A DNA stretch of 64,000 bases from an uncultured Flavipsychrobacter sp. (GCA_964464965.1 CAYXHM010000001.1:251947-315946); one strand, 5' to 3'. Counted from the first letter of the stretch, positions 1-9,472 are shown. Numbers and translations are program-made. Notes: generated by a model not told the origin, from the letters alone.

Positions 1-544
1 AGTCACCGTCTGTAGATGCCGCATCACCCACAAATACATATCCACCGTCCGTAGCCTGGCATATTCCATACCCTCTATCAGGCTGTGTGCCTCCAAAGGC
101 TTTGTGCCATTCCATCTTACCTACGCTATCTACTTTTACGACATATACATCCTGTTGTATCCCATGCATTCCTGGCACATCTGTAGAAGATGTTGAACCA
201 CATATGATAAAGCCGCCATCACTTGTAACTGCTATCGCATTCCCTTCTTCGCTCTTAAAACCGCCGTAACTTTCCTCCCATACGATAGCACCGGCTTTGT
301 CTACCTTTACCAACCATACTTTTTGTGAATTATCCGTTGTGTTGGAAATGTCGCCATCAAAAGACTGACTGGTGGCTAAGCCAACGAAGCCTCCATTAGT
401 TGTAGGTAATACGGAATTAAATATTTCGCTAGCAGCACCACCGTAGTTCTTTTGCCATTGCATGGCAGGTTGGGCCCAGGCAGAGGAAGAGGATACGATT
501 AAAAGACTTAAACACAGGTAAAATTTTGTAAAAATATTCATCAT
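1..544 (-). CDS. Secreted repeat protein, N-terminal part (gene continues past the left window edge)
   Basis: ATG at 544-542 opens a minus-strand frame with no stop down to position 1. My translation starts MMNIFTKFYLCLSLLIVSSSSAWAQ (signal peptide). It is followed by ~60-aa repeats of the form W.K.YGG...E....T.DGGF..G.T.S.D...D.WLVKVD..G. It is absent from the ORF track, probably because it is truncated. Confidence 0.7.
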   Translation of the reverse strand, partial: MMNIFTKFYLCLSLLIVSSSSAWAQPAMQWQKNYGGAASEIFNSVLPTTNGGFVGLATSQSFDGDISNTTDNSQKVWLVKVDKAGAIVWEESYGGFKSEEGNAIAVTSDGGFIICGSTSSTDVPGMHGIQQDVYVVKVDSVGKMEWHKAFGGTQPDRGYGICQATDGGYVFVGDAASTDGD

Positions 545-606
545 CTAATACGGTTTAAAATTTTTCAAGAAATATAGTATGTATTATCAGGTTCTTTAGT
601 TAAAAT

Positions 607-634
607 GAGGGAAGTATAAGACTATACCTCCCTC
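607..634 (-). terminator. Intrinsic terminator hairpin downstream of the 651..1133 gene
   Basis: gagggaagtata / agac / tatacctccctc forms a 12-bp stem with one mismatch. On the minus strand it is followed by a T-rich stretch, 17 nt after the stop. Confidence 0.55.
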
Positions 635-650
635 AATAAAGTTAGCTTAA

Positions 651-1133
651 TTAATTAAAATATATATCCCCCGCAGCATCTATGCGAACAGGTACAGGAT
701 TCGGGAAACCTTGGCAGTCAGAACATGGCGGTATTGTAGTAGCCGTAACCCCTGCCCAAGGCCAGGGTGAGCCCGGAGGAGGAGGAGGGGTCAGTGGCGG
801 TTTACAATCAGGATACATTCCGGCACTTGCGTCCAATGTTACGCACGTCCCTAATGGACATAAATGGCTGGCCCAGCAAATCTCATATGCCACTGTAACA
901 AAAGGAGGATTAGGGTTGCATGTTGGCAATGGTACAGAACTGTACGGCGGCACTGTAATGGGCGTGCCACCACCACCGCCTGGTGGCTCAAGCATACAAT
1001 CCATAGGATAATTATTTGAATTATAACAAATAGGCGTGACCTGTATATCGCATCCCGTATTGTTATGTATCATTTGGGCTTTGCCCGCTGTTGTTAGCAG
1101 TAGTGCTACTGCAATGATTAATAAATGTTTCAT
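651..1133 (-). CDS. Small secreted Cys/Pro/Gly-rich protein of unknown function (paralog of 44393..44818)
   Basis: The track ORF is 651..1226, but the internal ATG at 1133 gives MKHLLIIAVALLLTTAGKAQ, a clean signal peptide. The mature ~140 aa has about 10 Cys, a GGGGG run and a PPPPP run. It shares the blocks I.NNTGCD..V..IC, T.I.VPP.SSVP, YEI and PCS.C..PNP...D..G with the 44393 protein. Confidence 0.75.
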   Translation of the reverse strand: MKHLLIIAVALLLTTAGKAQMIHNNTGCDIQVTPICYNSNNYPMDCMLEPPGGGGGTPITVPPYSSVPLPTCNPNPPFVTVAYEICWASHLCPLGTCVTLDASAGMYPDCKPPLTPPPPPGSPWPWAGVTATTIPPCSDCQGFPNPVPVRIDAAGDIYFN

Positions 1134-1937
1134 TGTTGATGATCTTTTTAAGTAAAAAAAATTGTTTAAAGGGAGCAATAATCTTAAGGGAAATTTGGCG
1201 CAATTAGCATCGCTCATGGCACTCAATACCGCTCAGATTATTCTTTTGTATCAAAGCTGGCAGCCTTTTCATTAAGGTTACAGCAAAATGTTCGCCGGTG
1301 GCAGTGTCAGGCATTTTTAAGTTTTCTTTTTTTTCATTTCATGACATATCAAAATTTAAAAGTGAACGAATTTAAATGCTAAACTTAAATAAAGTACACT
1401 GTCAATATTTGCTAATGAGTATTTTTGCCATGATACCTATGTATGGAAAAACACATGATAGGGTGTTGTACAAATATTTACAAAAAATTATTTAACAAAC
1501 AATAGTGAAAACACCCATTTTTTAGCTTTTTTATTTCATGGATTCAGCCGCAATATGCTGAAAATCAACTATAAGGATAAGTATTGATAATTACTTGTTT
1601 TTTTGTCATTACAGTTTCTTGTGCGGGAGCAGCCATTAGCCCTTAAAGTTTATAAATGACAATTCCCTGTAGTCGGGTGTTGTCACCGTACCACCATTTG
1701 CCATTACCATTTTCACTCGAATAAGATTTGACAATTTTTTGAAAAGTTGTCAAATCTGGGTGGCTATCCACTTATAATAACTAAGGATACTTCTCAAATT
1801 TTTATTTTCAAAAATAATAACAAATACTTGTTTTTTTGTTATAATAAAACAACACAACCAACGTGCAGCATTTCTTCACTTCCTTCACCAGGCCCTTGTC
1901 TTCAAAGAGGCCGGGAGAGGTCTTAACCCCTTTTATC

Positions 1938-2657
1938 ATGGACAACAACAAGCTGAATTTTATTACCACTTACCTGCGCCACCGCAGCCCATACACCGCT
2001 TACTGTATTGCTTATAATGTAGAGGACGAGTCTCAATACGAAAGCATCATGGCTGCCGCCCATCAGTTGATGGACGGCTCCGAAGTGGGCGGCCTCATCC
2101 GTTCAGTACTGGAACACGTTCACTACGAGGTAGAGCAGGAAATAAGGGCGCAGCAAAAAACAGAACTGCTGACCATACAGCGCAAGCGCGAACTGCTGGC
2201 CAACATTGCCACCGGTGAAATGTATGCCATACAAAACTACAAAGGCAAAGACTGCAACCAATGCACCCAGATGGTACGCCCCACCATCAACCAGATGCTC
2301 AAAGCCATAGATCTGGACAGCAAACTTGCCGGGCACTATCCCGTAAAGCAGTCAGTAGTTGCCAATGGGCAGTTCACACTGCCCCACCCGCAACCTGCAG
2401 AACAGGAAATAAAAAACATTGAAAATGACAACAAAATACAACAAAACCCGTCCCACGCAGGCGGGGCTGTCCGTACACAGCTTGTCCTGCAACCGGCGGG
2501 AGGGTTGGAACACCCGCAAAGGGCAGAACAACCTGGGTACCAATCGCAAACCTCCTATGCTCCACTGGATGTGATGGAAAGGGTAGGGATTGAGGTAAGT
2601 CCTAAAATCAACAAAACACAACAAATATCGCCTGCTTCCAGTTCGACATGGGTGTAA
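1938..2657 (+). CDS. Terminase small-subunit-like protein (orphan phage/satellite remnant), with a low-complexity C-terminal half
   Basis: The track ORF starts at GTG 1863; the first ATG is at 1938 (MDNNKLNF...). The N-terminal 150 aa follow the pattern I recall for Terminase_2-type TerS: F...Y.......AY..AY, then RKRELLANIATGE, then PTINQMLKAIDLDSKLAGHY. The C-terminal ~90 aa is Q/P-rich. Assignment is by recalled pattern only. Confidence 0.45.
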   Translation: MDNNKLNFITTYLRHRSPYTAYCIAYNVEDESQYESIMAAAHQLMDGSEVGGLIRSVLEHVHYEVEQEIRAQQKTELLTIQRKRELLANIATGEMYAIQNYKGKDCNQCTQMVRPTINQMLKAIDLDSKLAGHYPVKQSVVANGQFTLPHPQPAEQEIKNIENDNKIQQNPSHAGGAVRTQLVLQPAGGLEHPQRAEQPGYQSQTSYAPLDVMERVGIEVSPKINKTQQISPASSSTWV

Positions 2658-2737
2658 TACCCGCGATGGAACGTAAGGAACTGCTGTCAGGCAATATAAC
2701 TAAGAATATTTAAGCAGGCTGGTGGCTAAAAACAAAA

Positions 2738-2764
2738 AAGCCACTCAAAATTGAGTGACTTTTT
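2738..2764 (-). terminator. Terminator hairpin directly after the tRNA-Lys 3' end (also closes the + strand ORF 1938..2657)
   Basis: aagccactca / aaat / tgagtgactt pairs at 9 of 10 positions. On the minus strand it is followed by ttttttgttttt. Confidence 0.7.
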
Positions 2765-2768
2765 CCAG

Positions 2769-2841
2769 TGATCCCGTTGGGACTCGAACCCAAGGCCCAT
2801 ACATTAAAAGTGTATTGCTCTACCAACTGAGCTACGAGATC
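2769..2841 (-). tRNA. tRNA-Lys (anticodon UUU)
   Basis: Manual cloverleaf on the reverse complement. Acceptor GATCTCG/CGGGATC has one G-U pair. D arm is GCTC-AGTTGGTA-GAGC. Anticodon arm is ATACA-CTTTTAA-TGTAT. Variable loop is GGGCC. T arm is TTGGG-TTCGAGT-CCCAA. Discriminator is A and CCA is not encoded. Confidence 0.9.
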
Positions 2842-2878
2842 GCCTATTGTTCTTACTATATTCGTTCAGAACGGGGTG

Positions 2879-2886
2879 CAAAGATA
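2879..2886 (-). promoter_or_regulatory. Bacteroidota -7 promoter motif (TATCTTTG) for tRNA-Lys
   Basis: Exact match to the TAnnTTTG consensus on the minus strand, 38 nt upstream of the tRNA 5' end. Confidence 0.5.
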
Positions 2887-3214
2887 GGCAACTGTCTATT
2901 TTTTCAAAACCTTTTCTGTAATTTTTTAGATCGTAATATATTGTCAGGGCTACAATTTGCCTGAATACATTAAAAACTGGCAACACATTGAAAACAAACA
3001 ACATACAAAAAAGTTGCTTATATCAATTGTCACAATAATATCAATCTATTGTGTTTTGTTTGTCAATTCGGTACATATTGGGTATTTTGGGCAGCCTTTT
3101 GGTTCGATTGTTGTAACTACAATAGTATATGCCCCCTCTAAAAAGCAGCAGGACGGCCATAATAGGAAATTAAAAATTGATTAATTAAACACGTTTTTGA
3201 CAGCATTGACTACA

Positions 3215-6148
3215 ATGAGAAAAATTACAATTGCAATGTGCCTTTTGATGTTAGGTACAGAGATGAATGTTGCACGGGCAGATGAGCACGGAGAGGGCAA
3301 CGAACTGAATTATTCTGTATTTCAATCTTACAGGTTTTTAAAAAGCACCAATACAAACCAGGCTGCGGTAACGCAGAGTTATGCCGCTGCAATGCTGCCA
3401 GGCTGGAATGCTACCACCGATAAACTGACGGGCATGGCCCGCGATATGTACGGCCCTTCTATAGCCGTACCGGGTGGTACCTTTATGGAAAAGACACAAA
3501 TACTGATGGGTGACAAGCTAAGAGAGCTGGGTATCAACCGTGCTGAGTGGGCAAATACCCGCAATGTAACCCTGGCGCACGCCTCTTTTGTAGATTATGA
3601 GCAGGTACTGGCAGGTCACAAGGTGGTTTTCTCAAATCTTAGCTTCCGCTTTGGTGCAGATGGCAAATTGCAGCGTATAAAAACACGGAGTTACGGCTCT
3701 TCTTTTTCAGACATTACCCCTGAACTGACAGCGGCCGATGTATTGGCAGGCACTGCAATGACGCAGGGCATGGCAGGCATGGCCATCGTTACCAGGGAAA
3801 TAGAAAAAGACTGGGTATGGTTCCCCATACCATCGGCCAATGGCTATACGGTACACCCTGCATGGGCCTTCAGCATGACAGGCACCGCACAGGAAATGCC
3901 TTTCGAACTTACCGGCTATGTAGATGCTATGACAGGCGAACTGTTGTACCGCAGCAATGCTGTTAACGAGACTTTTGAAGTTACCGTAAAGGGTAAACTA
4001 TATGCATCTGCACCTACAGCACCTACTACAGACCTGCCTATTTCTGATATGCGTGTGTCAGTTACGGGTAGTACAGATGTTGTAACAGACGCAAACGGAT
4101 ATGCTGATTTCCCCTCTGCCTTTGCACCGGCAAACGTAACCTACCACGTAAATGGCCCATGGTCTTATGTAAGAGAAGGTGGCAACCCGGTAAGTTTCCA
4201 GGCAGTTATGCTGACATCAGGCGCAACATATGACCTGCCCAGCGCTGATACTTCTTCAAAAGAGTTCAGGGCGGTATCTGCTTTCTATTATGTAAACAGG
4301 ATTCACGATTACATGAAAAGCTTCTGGCCAACGTTTACAGGTATGGACAATGCTATAAATACCAACGTTGACCTGACCAATAACCAGCAGTGTAACGCAT
4401 TTTATCAGAACGGGCAGTATTCTATCAATTTCTACCCGCCGCAACCTTCCTGCAGGGCATTCTCAATAGTGTCAGACATTGTATATCACGAATATGGTCA
4501 TGGCATTTGCTACAGGTTCTACTCATCGCAGGGTACCAATTTCAGCAACGGTGCGCTGGGCGAAGCCTATGCTGACATCTGGGCGATGGGCCTGAACCGC
4601 GATGGTGTGGTAGGCGATGGTGCATACCTGAATGGAGGAAACATCAGGAGCTACACGGGCGCTCCTAAAGTATACCCTACAGATATAAGGGGTGAAGTAC
4701 ATGCTGATGGTGAAATAATAGCAGGTGCATGGTGGGATGTTGCGCAGAACATGGGCAGCATAGATGACATGATGGATTTGTTTGCCCTGACACACTATGA
4801 CGTGCCTAACGCACCTAATGGTATGGAAGGCGATCTGTATTATGATGTACTGATATCTGCACTGATGAATGATGACAACGATGGTAACCTGGGCAACGGC
4901 ACACCGCATTTCACACAGATAGCTGAAGCTTTTGCACGCCATGGCATCTATTTACTGAACGATGTAGATTTTGAACATACAGAAGTAGCCCACCAGGCTG
5001 CTAACACACCGGTATCTATTTCTGGTAACTTAATATTGACCAACCCATCGTTTTTCAACAATATATTACTGCACTACCGCAACCGCTATGCAGGCACCTG
5101 GGATTCTGTAGCTATGACCAATACATCGGGCAGCACCTACACAGCACAGATACCTGCTATGCCAGGTGGCGCAATAGTTGATTATTTTTTCAGCGCTCGC
5201 GATATAATAAATGAAGCAGTAGGCGTTCCGTCAAGGTACAATCCTTATGCAAATGCCTCATTAAACACACTGCCATACCAATACGGTGTAGGGCTGAATA
5301 TCCCAAGGTATAAGTATGATTTTGAAGGTGACATTACAGGATGGCAGATAGGCATGCCCAGCGATAACGCAAGCAGTGGATTATGGGTACACGATGTACC
5401 AGTAGGCACGTTCACATCAGACAACCTGCCTATTCAGCCAAATAACGACCACACAACAGGCTCGGGCAAATGCCTGGTAACGGGTAATTCGGCTTCGCCT
5501 ACATTCAACGAGGTAGCCAATGGTATCACAACTGTTATGACACCTTCGTTCAACCTGCCGTTTTCAGAGCCTGTGGTGGAATATTACCGCTGGTACAGCA
5601 ACAACAGGGGAAATAGCGCCAACCTTAAGTCTGACTTCTGGTCTGTAGAAATGCACAGTGGTACCAGTCCTTTCTGGCAGAAAGTAGATTATACCAAAGA
5701 GCCTGACCAAAGATGGAGAAGAAGGATATTCAGGGTGAGTGAATACCTGCCAGGTGTAAATACCAGCATACAGCTGCGCTTCATTGCTGAAGATGCTGTA
5801 AACAATAATGCCCCTGCCAATGGCCAGAACGTTGTAGAGGCTGCTATAGATGATTTCATTATTTATGAGGGTACGCCTTTGAACATCAGCGATATGCCTG
5901 AAAACATCAAGGCTGAAGTATATCCTAACCCTGCAGATGATAAAGTGAACATTGCATTGCCTGAAGGAAGCAAAGGCTCTATAACAATGTATGATATTAC
6001 CGGCAAGGTGATAACTACAGTAAATGTTACTGAGGCGACTACCAACTACAGCATACAAACATCGGGGCTGGTGCCCGGCAACTATATGGTGCTGATGCAA
6101 ACGCAATATGCGGTGCAAAACACTACAATAGTTGTAAGCCACCGTTAA
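3215..6148 (+). CDS. Secreted zinc metalloprotease (gluzincin, M4/M36-like) with T9SS C-terminal sorting domain
   Basis: The zinc site is HEYGH followed ~20 aa later by GEAYAD (HExxH...E). The N-terminus MRKITIAMCLLMLG is a signal peptide from ATG 3215 (track starts at TTG 3197). The C-terminal ~80 aa VYPNPADDKVNIALP...YMVLMQT is typical of T9SS CTDs. Confidence 0.85.
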   Translation: MRKITIAMCLLMLGTEMNVARADEHGEGNELNYSVFQSYRFLKSTNTNQAAVTQSYAAAMLPGWNATTDKLTGMARDMYGPSIAVPGGTFMEKTQILMGDKLRELGINRAEWANTRNVTLAHASFVDYEQVLAGHKVVFSNLSFRFGADGKLQRIKTRSYGSSFSDITPELTAADVLAGTAMTQGMAGMAIVTREIEKDWVWFPIPSANGYTVHPAWAFSMTGTAQEMPFELTGYVDAMTGELLYRSNAVNETFEVTVKGKLYASAPTAPTTDLPISDMRVSVTGSTDVVTDANGYADFPSAFAPANVTYHVNGPWSYVREGGNPVSFQAVMLTSGATYDLPSADTSSKEFRAVSAFYYVNRIHDYMKSFWPTFTGMDNAINTNVDLTNNQQCNAFYQNGQYSINFYPPQPSCRAFSIVSDIVYHEYGHGICYRFYSSQGTNFSNGALGEAYADIWAMGLNRDGVVGDGAYLNGGNIRSYTGAPKVYPTDIRGEVHADGEIIAGAWWDVAQNMGSIDDMMDLFALTHYDVPNAPNGMEGDLYYDVLISALMNDDNDGNLGNGTPHFTQIAEAFARHGIYLLNDVDFEHTEVAHQAANTPVSISGNLILTNPSFFNNILLHYRNRYAGTWDSVAMTNTSGSTYTAQIPAMPGGAIVDYFFSARDIINEAVGVPSRYNPYANASLNTLPYQYGVGLNIPRYKYDFEGDITGWQIGMPSDNASSGLWVHDVPVGTFTSDNLPIQPNNDHTTGSGKCLVTGNSASPTFNEVANGITTVMTPSFNLPFSEPVVEYYRWYSNNRGNSANLKSDFWSVEMHSGTSPFWQKVDYTKEPDQRWRRRIFRVSEYLPGVNTSIQLRFIAEDAVNNNAPANGQNVVEAAIDDFIIYEGTPLNISDMPENIKAEVYPNPADDKVNIALPEGSKGSITMYDITGKVITTVNVTEATTNYSIQTSGLVPGNYMVLMQTQYAVQNTTIVVSHR

Positions 6149-6170
6149 GCATAAAATATATTAGTAAAAA

Positions 6171-6204
6171 GCAAAGGCCGCCCGTTGGGCGGCCTTTGCT
6201 TTTT
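6171..6204. terminator. Bidirectional terminator between the convergent protease and MATE genes
   Basis: gcaaaggccgccc / gtt / gggcggcctttgc is a 13-bp GC-rich stem. It is flanked by an A-run on the left and a T-run on the right. Confidence 0.8.
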
Positions 6205-7615
6205 ACACCTTTACCAGTTTCCATTTGCCCCGCCTGAACAATATAATGGCGGCTACAGCTATAGCACTTTCTGCTATGGCTATGGCAGAGAATACCCCTT
6301 TGGGGCCCCAGTCCAGCACAATGGCCAGGCAATATGCCAGCGGTATCTGGAAGGCCCAGAAACCCAGCAGGTTAAGGATGGTAGGCGTCTTGGTATCACC
6401 GGCGCCATTAAATGCCTGTGACAGTACCATACCATACCCGTAAAACATGTACCCGAGGCATACGTACCGCAGGCACTCTACCCCATGGCGCACTACCGCT
6501 GCGTCTTTATTGAAGATCATTACAAGGTCTTTTGCAAAAATGAAAAAGACAATAGCTATTGTACACAGGAATATCATATTGAACAGCGAGGCACGCCATG
6601 CAGATGTTTCAGCCCTGTCTGGCTGCTGCGCGCCCAGGTTTTGCCCTACCAGCGTCGCCGCTGCATTGGCCATACCCCATGCCGGCATAATGGTAAAGGC
6701 TATGATACGGATGCCTATGGTATAACCGGCCAGGGCATCGTTACCGAAATGTGATATGATGCGCACCAGGAATATCCAGCTGGCTGACGCTATCAGGAAC
6801 TGTGCCGTACCGCCCGATGCCATTTTAATTACATTTACCATTATTGGCATATCGGGAGAAATGTGCTTCCTCAATATCTTTATATAGCCCCTGCCTTTAA
6901 ATAAATGGTACACCTGGTAGCATACACCTGCGCCCCGGCCTATTGTTGTAGCTATAGCCGCACCAGCAAGCCCCATAGCCGGTATAGGGCCAATACCATA
7001 TATCAGCGTAGGGCATAGTATTATATTAAGCCCGTTGGCCAGCCACAAAGAGCGCATGGCTATGGCCGCATCACCCGCACCACGAAACACCCCGTTGATG
7101 AGGAAGAGCATAATGATAACGATATTGCCACCCAGCATTATCTGCGCATAAGAGGCATTGGCCTCTACCAATGTGGGACTGGCGCCCATCAGTAACAGCA
7201 GGTCTTTTGCAAATACAAGGCCTGCAATGCTCAGCACTACGCTGATGGTGCCGCCGGCATATATAGCCTGCATACCCGCATGGGCCGCCCCATCTTTATC
7301 TTTTTCACCGGTACGGCGGGCCACTACGGCTGTGGCGCCCATGCTCATACCCCATGCCAGGGAGTAGATGATCATCAGCATAGATTCTGTAAGGCCTACG
7401 GTGGCTACTGCATCCACACCCAGCTTTGCTACGAAAAAAACGTCCACTACGGCAAACAGAGACTCCATCATCATCTCCAGTATCATGGGTACCGATAGCA
7501 TGAAAATGGCGCGGTTGATACTGCCCTTGGTAAATTCCTCCTCAGCGCCTGTTATAGCAGCCTTCAGCAGGTAAAATATATTGATAAAACGCGAGTTGTG
7601 TACACGCTGCGACAT
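6203..7615 (-). CDS. MATE family multidrug efflux transporter
   Basis: 470 aa with about 12 hydrophobic segments. The N-terminus FTKGSINRAIFMLSVPMILEMMMESLFAVVDVFFVAKLG is characteristic of NorM/DinF-type MATE proteins. Confidence 0.85.
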   Translation of the reverse strand: MSQRVHNSRFINIFYLLKAAITGAEEEFTKGSINRAIFMLSVPMILEMMMESLFAVVDVFFVAKLGVDAVATVGLTESMLMIIYSLAWGMSMGATAVVARRTGEKDKDGAAHAGMQAIYAGGTISVVLSIAGLVFAKDLLLLMGASPTLVEANASYAQIMLGGNIVIIMLFLINGVFRGAGDAAIAMRSLWLANGLNIILCPTLIYGIGPIPAMGLAGAAIATTIGRGAGVCYQVYHLFKGRGYIKILRKHISPDMPIMVNVIKMASGGTAQFLIASASWIFLVRIISHFGNDALAGYTIGIRIIAFTIMPAWGMANAAATLVGQNLGAQQPDRAETSAWRASLFNMIFLCTIAIVFFIFAKDLVMIFNKDAAVVRHGVECLRYVCLGYMFYGYGMVLSQAFNGAGDTKTPTILNLLGFWAFQIPLAYCLAIVLDWGPKGVFSAIAIAESAIAVAAIILFRRGKWKLVKV

Positions 7616-7876
7616 GATATAAATTTTAGAATATTGAAAATAAAAATACGGACAAGAGCAATGTGGCGCTTACATTGCCAACAACTTTGAGAATTCATCG
7701 CCTGTGCGGTGCAGGCGGTATGCTTAGATATCCATCGTTCGTAGAATAAGAATGCAAATATAAAAAACTTTTTTACCCGTTTCCAAAAAACAGTTTCGTT
7801 AACCGGATGTTATATGCCTGCCGGCATATCCTGCTTCTACATACAATTATTATATTACCGTAAAACCGAACGTAAA

Positions 7877-8185
7877 ATGTGGGTAAAAATCACTTCAATA
7901 GAACAGCTGGCATCTCTGCATGAAGGATCTATGGTAGCCATATACCCATTGCAGGGCGCGCCCAGTGACAGTTTTGACGAGTCTGACCCTGAGCAGGTAT
8001 CGCACAGACTGGTGTCTGAAAACTATGTTGAAGAAAATATGCTAACTACTACTGCACTGCAACGCAAGGACGAAGCACGCATATTAACTCCCACCGGCAT
8101 GGGCGGCATAATGTTCAGCCCGGGTGGAATAAGCTATGTAGATATAATAGAACAGGGTGCTTGGTGGATGCAACAGGGCTATTAA
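7877..8185 (+). CDS. Hypothetical protein
   Basis: Open frame 7814..8185. I prefer the internal ATG at 7877 (MWVKITSIEQ). No recognisable motifs, and the start is uncertain. Confidence 0.4.
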   Translation: MWVKITSIEQLASLHEGSMVAIYPLQGAPSDSFDESDPEQVSHRLVSENYVEENMLTTTALQRKDEARILTPTGMGGIMFSPGGISYVDIIEQGAWWMQQGY

Positions 8186-8691
8186 CCCCTCCTGGTAAAA
8201 TAATAGTCGCAGGCATCATTATAGCTGGAGCTAAATATCACTTCGTTTTTACACAGCACAATATATCCGTCCAGGTATGCTGATGGGTTAGTTGTAGTGA
8301 TTGTCCAGTTATCGCCTGCGCTATTTTGAGTAAGCGTCCAGCTACCTTCTTCTATTACTGCACTGTTTTCATATACTTTATACAGGCCACCATCACTAAA
8401 AGTAAGTACTACTATTTTACCGGCGGAAAGGGTTTGGTCTTTTGCGCCATAGCAGGTATAGCTTTGCCATACCCATGTGCCTTGCAGGTTGGCATTTATC
8501 TGTGACGGGTACGGATTTTCCTTATTGTGACATTTCCGTATATGGTCGATATGAGGCCGTGGTACAGGCTGCTGCTTCGTTGTATCAGCTTTTTCTTTGT
8601 TACAGGATTGGGTTCCAGTGACAAATGCAAATATTGCTATACAACATACACCGGCAGATAATACAGTTTTGAAGGCTGATGATATTCTCAT
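8182..8691 (-). CDS. Lipoprotein, lipocalin-like, unknown function
   Basis: Signal peptide ending in a lipobox-like GTQSC. The C-terminal beta-rich region reads GTWVW...VLTFSDGGLYKVYEN...GSWTL. Confidence 0.6.
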   Translation of the reverse strand: MRISSAFKTVLSAGVCCIAIFAFVTGTQSCNKEKADTTKQQPVPRPHIDHIRKCHNKENPYPSQINANLQGTWVWQSYTCYGAKDQTLSAGKIVVLTFSDGGLYKVYENSAVIEEGSWTLTQNSAGDNWTITTTNPSAYLDGYIVLCKNEVIFSSSYNDACDYYFTRRG

Positions 8692-8730
8692 ACAAGCAAA
8701 TTAATTGTTTTAAATATAACTCAATAAAAA

Positions 8731-8751
8731 AGCCGCTATTGTGTAGCGGCT
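8731..8751 (-). terminator. Terminator after the LolA-like gene
   Basis: agccgcta / ttgtg / tagcggct is an 8-bp stem, followed on the minus strand by ttttttatt. Confidence 0.7.
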
Positions 8752-8776
8752 CTTATTTATTGTTACCAATCCGGCA

Positions 8777-9421
8777 TTATCTTAAATCTATCACTTCTAC
8801 ACCTGGGTGCTTCTTTGTATCAAAAGCAAATGTTGCATCAGTAACCGCCGGAGAGTTTGGCGTATAGTTCTTTATATCATAGCGGTAGCTATTGCCGTTC
8901 TTCTCTTGTATCTGCCCGCCTACAATATTTTTGTCTTTGCTCACTGCCATTTCCACCTTGGTAAAGCCTTTACCGGTTTTAGGCGTCAGCTCTATTATAT
9001 CGCACACCTTACCATTTACCTTGCGTTCGCCGGCATATTTATAATTGTACTCTTTATCAAAAATATTGCTGCTGAATATTTTCGTTGGTGATATCGTCTG
9101 GGCATCGGGATTGTAATCTGTTACCTGTACTTCGTTGGTAGCTTTTACATATGTCCATACAGTTTTGTTATCACAGATAATTTCCTGCCCTGCAATGCTT
9201 ACACGGTACTTAGGACCTTTCATATAGAAGGTGCCCGCTTTCTTATCATTCACTCCGCCGCCCTTCAACTCAAGCGTAAAATCTGCCTTTACAGTCTTCA
9301 GGCTGCTTATTTTTTTGTATGCTGCGTCTAGTATGCCTTTTGCTTTTGCATCTGTCTGCGCAGCAGAGGGTTGCGTCATTGCTCCTACTGCCAGTGCACA
9401 TAAAATCAGTACTTTCTTCAT
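8777..9421 (-). CDS. LolA-like outer-membrane lipoprotein carrier protein
   Basis: 214 aa with a signal peptide. The sequence ILDAAYKKISSLKTVKADFTLELKGGG...FYMKGPKYRV...VWTY resembles the LolA family layout. Confidence 0.7.
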   Translation of the reverse strand: MKKVLILCALAVGAMTQPSAAQTDAKAKGILDAAYKKISSLKTVKADFTLELKGGGVNDKKAGTFYMKGPKYRVSIAGQEIICDNKTVWTYVKATNEVQVTDYNPDAQTISPTKIFSSNIFDKEYNYKYAGERKVNGKVCDIIELTPKTGKGFTKVEMAVSKDKNIVGGQIQEKNGNSYRYDIKNYTPNSPAVTDATFAFDTKKHPGVEVIDLR

Positions 9422-9472
9422 CTCGTTTTTATATTTTATTATGGGTATAACAATCTTTTATACGAAGGGTTG

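Noticed and set aside
682-1011. 109-aa ORF antisense to the Cys-rich gene, and ORFs 44209..44493 and 44377..44799 overlapping its paralog.
   Set aside because: The sense ORFs have signal peptides and are homologous to each other. The overlapping ORFs are Gly/Pro-rich mirror products with no paralogy between the two loci.
1592-1839. An exact 15-nt direct repeat, tacttgtttttttgt, at 1592..1606 and 1825..1839, considered as possible att remnants.
   Set aside because: More than half of the repeat is a T7 homopolymer in very AT-rich DNA, so a chance match is plausible. Nothing recognisably mobile lies between the copies.
1-2768. A duplicated tRNA-Lys 3' segment that would mark the distal att site of an element integrated at the tRNA.
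   Set aside because: I scanned for tgatcccgttgggactcgaac or its complement to the left of the tRNA and found no copy within the window.
2957-3184. Small ORFs (2755..2964, 2804..3004 and 2957..3184) between the tRNA and the metalloprotease gene.
   Set aside because: They overlap the tRNA or each other, are AT-rich, and have no motifs, promoter or terminator support.
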